DNA of 61,465 nt, filler included, from Choristocarpus tenellus KU-1152 (taxonomy: Eukaryota > Protista > Phaeophyceae), in the NCBI GenBank assembly GCA_964200185.2. It is 8 parts of 8 records of this genome, joined end to end, with 100 filler letters (N's around TTAATTAATTAA, not from the genome) between each part and the next. Parts side by side here need not be neighbours in the genome. Positions count along the whole stretch, not along the records: positions 52,321 to 58,842 come from CAXNAD020007949.1; positions 58,943 to 61,465 come from CAXNAD020027083.1; 6 more parts are not named here. One strand, given 5' to 3'. Of this stretch, positions 52,221 through 61,465 are shown piece by piece (positions within the stretch are counted from its first letter, which is position 1; every line of letters starts with the position of its first letter). Both the position numbers and the translations under genes were made by a program. Below the pieces are notes generated by a model, which worked only from the letters and a program-made list of their open reading frames with translations, had not been told where the DNA came from and made no database searches.

Positions 52221-52320
52221 NNNNNNNNNNNNNNNNNNNNNNNNNNNNNNNNNNNNNNNNNNNNTTAATTAATTAANNNNNNNNNNNNNNNNNNNNNNNN
52301 NNNNNNNNNNNNNNNNNNNN
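52221..52320. other. Artificial contig linker
   Basis: N44-TTAATTAATTAA-N44. Confidence 0.97.
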
Positions 52321-52809
52321 CAACACAATAATATCATATACACAAAATAAGGTACACTTCACTATTGTCCTATTTTGCACATACATATGTTACAGCGTGC
52401 CCCCGAACTCACCTCCACAGGATGTGTAACTCAATCCAACGACCTTAAAACAACACTATGGGGGCATTGCCCTTGGTAATGGTAGGGTGTCAGGTAGCCT
52501 TCTCTCTTGATATTCCACTCAGTGCTTAGCTCATAGCTCGACTCAAAGTTTCGTTCAAGATAAAAGACTGGAAAGAGGGGTAAAAGTGTTTTCACTAAAA
52601 GCCCTCTTATTATTTTCGTCATCCACCCAATTTCTTTGGTCTTCTATGCAACTGCTCTATACGTACTCCAATCGTAAAACTTCATTCTGCACCTTCTTAG
52701 GAACTTTGACATTTTTCTTCTGTAATGATACGTATGCATTCCGAATCTTACTCTGTATCTTCTATGAAATCACCATTTATTCTGTAAGGCTACCTATGTG
52801 TTACTAATG

Positions 52810-54406
52810 CAGTAAGGGTCCCACTTTAGTGCGGTGTAGTGACAAGAAGAATTTACCGCACTATTGCAGGACCCCGCACTATTTGTTAACGTTCCTGAAT
52901 AGTGCGGTCACCGCACTATTCGAGGAAATCATCTACATACGCGCGTATTTCAGAGTAATGACACACCGTAAACACATACCTGGTACGGCAGTATCGCCTA
53001 CCGCACAAAAACAACGTGTGCAGCCACGTGGATAATATGGGGTGTGATGAGAGGACGGTCGCGGCTGCTTGTTTCGGGTACTGTACTGCTGTATGAAGCT
53101 GTAACTGTTGTGTTTGTGGCAGCGCATTCCGTGCCATGCACATTGTGTCATATCGCATAGACAGCGGTACTGGGCAATGTACAGCAGTACTGTACAGTAC
53201 ATACTGTATCCAGAAAGGGAATAACAGCAGTATGGTCCTGCTGTAGTGTTGTTGTATCTGACGCATATCATTGCAATACATGATATGTTTCTGAGTACGG
53301 CTCATGCTCAGAGCCCTGATGATGATTCATTCATACTCTATTTGTATCACCGCACACCGCACTCAAAATCCACCACATGTCAGAGCGCAGAGCAGGAGGC
53401 TGACAGCCCGTGCCCAAGCCTCCTCGTCACTTCTACACCGAACCGTAACCGAACAGGACCACCAGCGATACACCTGAAAATCAAGACAAATTATAGCTGG
53501 AATTAAGACACTGAACCACTACCACCACCCCGCTCTCCACTACATATCCCTCTCTGGTAGGCTCGCAAAGGCTCTAATGTCTGTCTGTTGTAAAGGCTTA
53601 GAGGCATGCGCATTGATCATTGCCATCCTGGCCTTCTGTAGGTGGAAAGCGGCCTCCTGCATGCCACATTTCTCGGCGATGGTCTCCAAGTGTTGGAAGT
53701 GGGAAGAAAGTTCCCAATAAGGCGGAGGCACCTCAACTTAGCGTCTCCCAGAGTCATCTTCCCCGCCCTCTTTTTTATCGTCGGACACGTTTTCGGGTAC
53801 CTCTTGCGCGTACATGTTGTTTAAATACTCTGTAACCTCTTCCACCCCGTCGAGCCCCAGAGTCAGCCGTCCGCGGGACGTGCATGCTGCTTTCTTGGCG
53901 GCTCCAGGCCCTCCCAAGGAAGATGCTGCACCAAGTTTGCGCTTGCCCGCAGCAGCTTGCGAGGACTGGTTGGCAGACTCCTTGGCAGCAACGCATGTGG
54001 GGCAGATGCGGTGCAATTCGTTGCCGCTCTCCGGCTCCACTTCACCATAGGTGCCGTGGAGCCGGCCACCACACCCTCCTTGGCATACATGGCCGTTAGG
54101 TTCTTTTGGGGTCATGTCGGGAAACAGGCATAGCTCACCTGCAGCACAGGGCATCGCGCCCTACGCGCCTACTGCTGCACAACAGTAGTACTGCTGTAGT
54201 ACAGTATGACAGGTTTTCTCTCTGTGTGTGTGGTGTATAGAGAGAATATGTGTGGTGACCGCACTATTCAAGGTCATTATGTCCCCCTAACCGCGCTATC
54301 GGGGGTACATCCCTCAATAGTGCGCCTTCATGCCAAGCGATTTTAACCGCACTGTTGCGGGACATGAACTATTATTCCGGGCAGCACTGAAGTGGGACCC
54401 TTACTG
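52810..54406 (-). mobile_element. Internally deleted pogo-like (Tc1/mariner superfamily) DNA transposon
   Basis: 23-bp TIRs CAGTAAGGGTCCCACTT(T/C)AGTGC at 52810-52832 and 54384-54406, one mismatch. Right flank TA, left flank TG. Multiple subterminal CCGCACTATT motifs. Confidence 0.85.
53540..54154 (-). pseudogene. Truncated transposase: PHD-like Zn finger N-terminus fused to C-terminal helix + PIP box; HTH/DDE core deleted
   Basis: ORFs 54154-53738 and 53731-53540 are in the same frame, separated by one TAA. Features: C-x5-C...C-x3-C-x4-H-x2-Y...C-x2-C, basic GKRK and RGRLTL, and C-terminal QQTDIRAF. Confidence 0.7.
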
Positions 54407-55491
54407 TATCTTATATTGTTCGCACTTGTTAGAACGCGAGAAACAATCCTCGCACTATTAGTCGGTCACAAACGTTCGTGCTTGCTGAAGCACGAGAAGA
54501 AATGCTCGCACTATTCGCGTGTAACAAATGCTCGCACTTTGTTAGAACACAAGAAGAAATGCTCGCGCTATTCACCTGTAACATATATATATATATCGTG
54601 GAGGAAATTTACTTGTGGATTGGCAATCAGATAAGTGGGCGTCAAATTAACAAAGGTCAAATCTTAATGAAAGAAATGTCAGTGAGAATTATAAGAGAAG
54701 AGGCTTACCCACTCCTCCATATAGCTGCCATTTCCAGAGACGTACAGGAGTTATAGTGTATCTGAATAAACTCTTCGCGAAGCCTGCTCTGAGAATATGT
54801 TTGCCGTGATATCAACCACATCTGGCCAATCACGAACCTGAGGCTTCTCTCTGTGCAAGGATTTCAAAGCCCTTGTACACCAATATATCCTGGCACATGC
54901 GGATGAAATACTGCTTCCTGATAGTTGGCATGATCTAGAGTAGATGGAGGGACAGGTTCTTGTGAGTGGAATCCAAAGTGAAATTATGCTGTGAGAACAC
55001 CATTGAAGTTCGAGGTACTGCTCTATGATAGAGCTGACAATTTGAAGATAGACAGGAACCACTGTCACTCTGACAGACACAGCACGAAGGAGGAGGAGGT
55101 GATGGAGGGACTAAATTGCGGAAATGGATATCCTAAATTTGTTGAAGTCCACTTATTTAAGCAATTCCGCAGCTTCCTATGGATTGCTGGTCCAGATAAT
55201 AGTGTGAAGTAGTGTATGCTTTGAAAGTAAAATGTAGACTGTGGAGGGATGATGAGGCAGAAGAGGGGGCAATGTAGAGACAAGTACATATGATATCAGC
55301 ATGAAAGAAATGGCAAGGGATGTTGAAGCAGTAAGAAATAGGGGTCACTTTATCAAATCTGAAACATTACGGATTTATACAAACAACAGTGAATTGCAGC
55401 GATGAGGATAGATGGAGAAGTCATGTATGCAACAACACCAGTTCTTAGGTCGGCGACTGAAATGTGGGGTCGATGGTGAAGACCTCAGAGC

Positions 55492-55723
55492 CAAAGTATC
55501 TCAGAGGGTAGAGCCGCGTCCATTTTGGGACCAAATCCAATTTTGCGATATGATGTAATTTTGGCTATCGTGTTTGTTAGGAAGTGTCAATATCCTTGTT
55601 CTGGACCGACCTTTTCATAACGACGAAATATTTTGGAGTAGGAAAATGTCATCAAAAACCCCGAGGGAAGCCAAGTCCCAAACGGACAAACAGGGCAAAA
55701 CTCGTACCCTCTAAGATACTTTC
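55492..55723 (+). mobile_element. ~240-bp MITE, copy 2
   Basis: AAAGTATCTCAGAGGGTA ... TACCCTCTAAGATACTTT. Colinear with copy 1. Confidence 0.8.
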
Positions 55724-56227
55724 ACGTGAATGCTGATTGCATGCTGTTTATGTTGTTTCCAAACCTCAAGAAGAAAATATCCCATGTCCAGAGTCTCAGA
55801 TTTAGATAATGAGTGATCAGATGAGAACAGTGTTGTGGTTTGTTGTTTATCATTGTTCTGGTTTGACAAGGCAAAGAAATGGGTGATAGGAACATTTTAA
55901 ATGAGTGCTTCGAGGAAAAGCATATCGTGCTCTCTCACCTGACCAGCACAGATACAGGCCCATGTCGCCACAGCATTGAAGAAATCAGTCCTGTCTCCTG
56001 ATTCTTCTGCCCATTATCGTGAGTAGTCAGGTCTCAGGCCTCATCGTGGAAAGTATTGGTCTTTTCGGCAACCGTCTGCTGCTTCACTGCACTATCGAAG
56101 TTTTCCTTTGATCTTGTGTTCGAAGTCAGTTGACCTGAGGTCGTTCTGGTGCCAAGACTAGGCACCAGTGCTCTTGGCCCTCATCAGAGTCGTTGTCTTT
56201 GTTTTGAATGTACGGATATGTTTGACC

Positions 56228-56469
56228 CAAAGCAATTAAAAGGGTAGGAGTTTTGCCCTGTTTTTTGTTCGGGTCTTGGCTTCCCACGGGTGTGTACTCC
56301 TGGAGTATACGATTTGGAGCAGGTAAAATATGTATAGGACTATGAAAGGTGTGTCCGGAACAAGGATATTGATACTTCCTAATAAACACGATAACCAAAA
56401 TTACATCAAAATCGCAACATTGGATTTGGGATCCCAGATGGACACGACCCTACTCTCTATGATGCTTTG
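56228..56469 (-). mobile_element. ~240-bp MITE, copy 3 (inverted, more diverged)
   Basis: The reverse complement contains GATTTTGATGTAATTTTGGTTATCGTGTTT, AATATCCTTGTTCCGGACACACCTTTCATA and CAGGGCAAAACTC, as in copies 1 and 2. Confidence 0.75.
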
Positions 56470-57709
56470 ACTCTTTGTCGAGTTTATAGCATGCTTTGCA
56501 GTAGTCAAACGTGGCTCTAAACCACAAGGCCACCTGCTCGAAAAGTTCCCAATATTGAGTGCATACGATTGGTTGGTCACGACTCCTTCCCCTACGGGGA
56601 ACAACTGTGCAATCTTTTTGTCATTATTTGAGTAGATTTTTCAGGTGTAGTTGGTGATCATGTATTTTTCCAAGTACTCCAGGGTGTATGGACGAGGCTT
56701 TGTGTGATATTGTTCTTCTTGGGAAGTTTCTTGGCCTCAGTGATGGCAGAGGAAATCCAGAAGCAACACCTGGTGTTGACTGTTGAGGCAATACAAAAAT
56801 TATCCTCATATTGAGGATATTTTCTCTCTTTGTTGGCGTCCCTGGTTAAAGATCCAGCCTGTATGCGTAGTGGCTTGAGATGTTGTCGACAGAGTAGGTT
56901 GTATTTGTAGCCCCGTCTTCCACCGTCATCCGGGTCCAGAAACCATCCATGTCTTTCCATTTAGAACAAACCGAGAATGGTTATTGATCATACAATACGT
57001 TGGAGAGTGTGTCAGCTGCATCGGATCTATCATCCCAAGCTTCCTCAGAATCTTGCAGAACCCTTTAGACTTCGAGAAGGTTTTCATTGTAGTCTTTGAC
57101 AAGTAAACAGGAGTTGACGAGACTGATGATACTGGCTGTTGTTTACTGGGTTATCACAAAATTGAATGGTCTTGTTTTGTTCTTGCTTTGGAGTCGAAAT
57201 TATAGCTCCTTTAGGTGAAATTGCTGGTAAAGATCAAGAAAAACGAGAAAGAAGATATATCTTGAGATATATTGTTAGTTGATGACCAGAAGTAGGTTGA
57301 CAATTTGTATGAGGTAGTGTGTATGGGTAGAACCAGAAAATTATGAGGAAACATTTCTAAATCTGGGATGTTTTGGATTTGGCGAAAAGGGCAAAATGAA
57401 AGTCGAATGAGTTGATGGGGAGAAGGACGACATGTGAGAAGAGCGATGGTATCAATTGCCAAAGAAAATGTTGACATACGTCAAGGTGATGGACCCTTTT
57501 TGTAGATGGTATAAATGGGCAGAAGTACAAAATTTTGAGGCAACATTTTCAAATCTGGGATGTTTCGGATTTGACGAAAATGATACGAGTTATAGCTTAA
57601 GTTGCACCCTTTAGAAATTTTAGGTTTGCTTCGCCCACCTCTGATAACCAACCAGGGCAAACCTTCACCACTGATTTCCAGTCACCCTCTCTACATTTCA
57701 AGTGATACC

Positions 57710-58224
57710 TGTTACGGCTCTACATTTCAAGCGACATCTAAATTGCACTTACTCTACAAGATTGGCGCAGGTATGTCACAGGCGAATAGGTCGAGTATTT
57801 CTTCCCGCGCTTTAACCGGCGCGAGCAGTTTACGCGCGTGGGGAACCTCAAAAGGGGGAACTCAGATTTGCCAAAAAGTTGCAGAATAAAATATTTAACT
57901 CGGGAAAGTCGCAAAGGGTCTCAGATGGAAAGGTCGCAAAGGTTCTCGGATATATTCCAATGTCTGTAAACCAGAAGAAGTCCCAACGGTAAATGATGAT
58001 AAGAGATCCAAAAAACGGCTCCAAACGGCTCAGTTCTTCTGACCTACAGGACCCACCTATTCAGTTTTTCCTTATCTCTTGGCTGACACCGTTACACACA
58101 CTTCCTCGTGCTACTTGGTTCACCTGAGAGTACTTCTGTTCCGCTGAGCTGACGTGTGTTGATCTGTGCATTGGATTTGAGGTGTACATCCTGTGGAGGT
58201 GAGCTCCGAGGGGGGCCTGTAACA
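57710..58224. mobile_element. LTR-like segment (TGTTAC...GTAACA)
   Basis: Inverted TG...CA ends. The right end is homologous to 52388-52440 and 38644-38701. No clear target-site duplication. Confidence 0.45.
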
Positions 58225-58842
58225 GGTACACTAATTCCTACCCTGACCCATTAAATTCTTCATTTATCGTGAGCTCCATGGGATAACCATGTTTGTGGGA
58301 TAAACGGCACACTCTACTACTTGTCCCTGTCTACCCCTTAGACTGTAGCTCTGGCAGGACCCTCAGCCCTTTTCCCTTCTACTGTGTGTACTAACCAAAA
58401 AAGTATTAGCATTTATAACCTACCGAAATAGCACGTACTCCCATCTCTGCCAGGGTCACTACCGTATGAATCGGTCCGATTAGTCATTTACACGTCTAAA
58501 CTTGTTTCACTCCATCATATAACATCGTGGTCAGTCTTTCGTTATTTCTTCTTCTATGGATTTCCCAAGATATGTCACAGCATGCTCCAGAAGCTTACCT
58601 CCACAGGATGTATAGCTCCAATCTACAGGCCTATAGATGATACTGATGCACGTATAGGAATCCTGATGCACAAGTCGTCAAGTATGCTGGATCTCTCACT
58701 TGGATTATCATCAATATCCTCATCGTATAAAGAGGAACTGGTCTACGATGTCTTATTACAATTAGGGACCATAATGACCAAATAATAAATAAATAGTCAA
58801 GAAGTACAAATATATCAAATCTCGAACTTCAATGTCATAATG

Positions 58843-58942
58843 NNNNNNNNNNNNNNNNNNNNNNNNNNNNNNNNNNNNNNNNNNNNTTAATTAATTAANN
58901 NNNNNNNNNNNNNNNNNNNNNNNNNNNNNNNNNNNNNNNNNN
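58843..58942. other. Artificial contig linker
   Basis: N44-TTAATTAATTAA-N44. Confidence 0.97.
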
Positions 58943-59349
58943 ATGTATGGCACGTATGATAAGTAGATATAATTATTTTCTTATTATCCATTTGGACGTT
59001 GGAAATCCCACATGGTAGGCTGCACTGGTCTTACCCACCTTCTCAGTCAGCGGAATCGAGACCACAAAGACCAGAAAGGCCCTTGTAATACTAATATTGT
59101 TCATCTATATCAAGCTGTTCTTTGTCCTTCATTAAAGCACCATGAAAGCCGCGGGTCCAGTATGGGATAGTTCAACAACAGTCGGGCAGAAACCAGGATA
59201 GGTACTTGATTGACTGGGTCCAATATGTCAAGAAACGACAGAAATGGGCCTGGCGCAGCCTGGGGGGGCTTGCGGGAGACCGAGTGGTCTAAATTGCAGA
59301 TAGCGCAGCATATTCGACCTTCAAGGGTTGAGAGACTTGCTGAGGAGAG

Positions 59350-61465
59350 GTGAGGGAGTTTCTGGCAGCCCGACACGAACATGAGACGAGCGCTAGGATG
59401 AAACACTCAAAAGGAGGTGTACAAATTGCATTTATGACGCTGCCTGAGTCCTTAACTGTTGTTAAGAGACGAGCACTGGTGCGGGGCGAACTGAAAACAA
59501 TTGGGCAGCTGCGACAGTGGAGAAACTCTCCTTAAAGCGCTTAAGAAGGTGGTGAAAGTCGATGACGAATGCAGAACCTTCGACATTGGGCAAATCCAAA
59601 GGGAATTGCAGAGGGTGATCCGGATGGGAAATGAAGGGTCAGCCGCAGATAGGTTCATGGGTGTGATCCAGGACATCGAAACCTATCTGGAAGATAATAA
59701 TCTGGATGGTGCTTTCCGAAATAATGCTGGACAATTAGGGGGGACTTGGAAGGCAGGACCGGGAAAGGTACTCTCAGAGGCCTTTATTGCAGGGCTTAAA
59801 CCCCCTACGACTAAGGCTTGTTTGCTAAGTATGTGGCTTGGTATTCTGAGCAAAAAAATGATACAGACCAGATCTTTGAGCTGGTAAAGGAGGCAACCGA
59901 AAATTGGAGAATGTATGAGAAGGCCCAGGATTATGAACGAAACGAACTGGGCTAGGTGAACCTGGTGGCAAATACCAAGAGGGGAAGCTTAAGTTTGGGA
60001 AGACGAATGTCAAGCTAGGGGAAGGCACACCTGGTAGTGGACTGAGTGTGAGGAAGAACAAGTTCCAAGGGACTTGTGATGCAGGTGGTAAAGTTGGGGC
60101 ATAGACATGCTCAATCCCGAAGCTTGCTGGTTGGAATCTGGAAGGAGCAGCAGCATCAGCAGCAGAGGCACCCACATCATTACGGTAGAGGTACAGACCC
60201 TGGGAGGGGATCTGGACCAGGGCAAAGACAACAACCCGGAGGTGCCAGACAGCAACCCCTCAAGTGTAGGGGGAGGAACAAGCCGTCTAGGTGCATCCCA
60301 AGGTACAAGGAGCCAGCAGGTGCTAGATCCACAGCCTGCTACCGAGTTCCAGCAAGGCACTGGTGGTGGGAGTACAAGTGGCAGGGCAGTGAGGGTCGAT
60401 GAGACGGTTCCTGATGATGTGGATTATGGGATGCCTCTGCTGCCACCAAGCCCAGATCCCAACATTAATCCTTATGCAGGCCATACTGGCCTGCGAAAAA
60501 TCCAAGGTACTCATGAGGATGTGTCCCTAACTACGGATGGGGTGGATGTAGGAAGGCTGGGTTACAATGGTACAACGATGTAGCACCAGTGGGGGTCAAC
60601 ATGCATGGGAAGTCAAACCTTTCAGTATGAAGGCCCTGATCGACCCAGGGTCAGGGATCATAGGCATATCTGAGAGCCTGGTGCTAAAAATACAGCAGCG
60701 TTTTAGGAAAGTGACTTTCCCTTACATGTGGCACTCCACTCGGGCTATGGGCCAGTGGTGGTGAGAAATCTTGTCTTGGCAATTATACTAGGCAATGATG
60801 TGTTAATTATGGGCAGCAAGACATTGCGGGACGTCTTAGGCTTTGACATGAAGCGATCCTTTGAGGAGGCGACCCGATGGAAGACAGAACTGCACATCGC
60901 AGATCTGGAACAAGATATTACTTCTATGCGGCGTGTGGGTGCCAGCGTGGAGGTGATGCAGGAGAGCAAGGGGACTGCTCATTTGGACAGAAGCGATGAC
61001 ACTGCTGGAGCAAGGCTCTGAGCGCATGATGGACCCTGCAGAGGAAGACAAAAAACGAGGCTTGGCCTTAGAAACCTCGTTTCAAGAGGCACAACGGGTC
61101 AGGATGCCCTTGGGTACCTGGGGGCGCCTACAACAAGTGATAGCAACCCGGACCAATGTGTTCTGGGTATTCTTTGGGCGTGACCCGCCCGCCAAGGTGG
61201 AGCCCATACGGGTGGTGCTGAAGGAAGGGACGACTCCTGTGAAGGCCAGACCCAGGGTGTCCCTTCCGGAGCAACACAACTGGATGGCAGGATTTGTGGG
61301 CCTACTGGTCGTACTGGGGATGCTGAGGTGGACCCCACAGGATGTATATGGAGCAACCCATCTTTGCCTTTGCCCAAGCCTGAGGGACGGGGCTACTGGC
61401 TGGTGGCGGATTTCAGCGCAGGGAGCATTGTCTCACAGGCGGTGGAGCTCTCCCACCCCTGGGAG
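59350..61465 (+). mobile_element. Decayed Ty3/Gypsy LTR retrotransposon (gag - protease - start of RT), runs off window end
   Basis: Gag-like helical ORF 59501-59887; degenerate Zn knuckle KFQGTCDAGGKVGH (~60060-60100); aspartic protease ALIDPGSGIIGIS (~60630); RT N-terminus PPAKVEPIRVVLKEGTTPVKARPR and WSNP.LPLPKPEGRGYWLVADF. Protease is followed directly by RT. Many frameshifts. Confidence 0.85.

Larger units (their letters stand above)
52388..54583. mobile_element. Probable solo LTR (~600 bp) interrupted by a pogo-like insertion
   Basis: Ends TGTTACAG ... CTGTAACA in TA-rich flanks. The first ~50 bp are the reverse complement of the LTR-like end at 58170-58224. Confidence 0.6.

Overview
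Eukaryotic, intron-rich, repeat-rich DNA, most consistent with a brown alga or a close photosynthetic stramenopile (inferred from gene content and exon/intron style, not proven). The window is not one contiguous sequence. It is eight contigs joined by seven artificial 100-bp linkers (N44-TTAATTAATTAA-N44), so adjacency across linkers is unverified. Genes reconstructed by hand across GT-AG introns: the 5' part of proteasome alpha-5 (minus) head-to-head with a WCGPC thioredoxin-domain gene (plus); a secreted, extended thaumatin-like protein (minus, 3' end truncated); a complete 15-exon AMT1-type ammonium transporter (minus, 492 aa); and a complete 18-exon assimilatory nitrate reductase (plus, 821 aa). 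The remainder is mostly transposon debris: a full-length decayed DD39D (plant-type) mariner, an internally deleted pogo-like element nested in a probable solo LTR, a ~240-bp MITE (3 copies), a decayed Ty3/Gypsy element, and about 18 copies of an unexplained ~55-bp hairpin with a (TAA)n tail found only in intergenic DNA. The most interesting leads are the hairpin mini-element, the pogo-like ORF combining a PHD-like finger with a PIP box, the divergent AMT/NR arrangement, and a duplicated decoy splice donor in NR.
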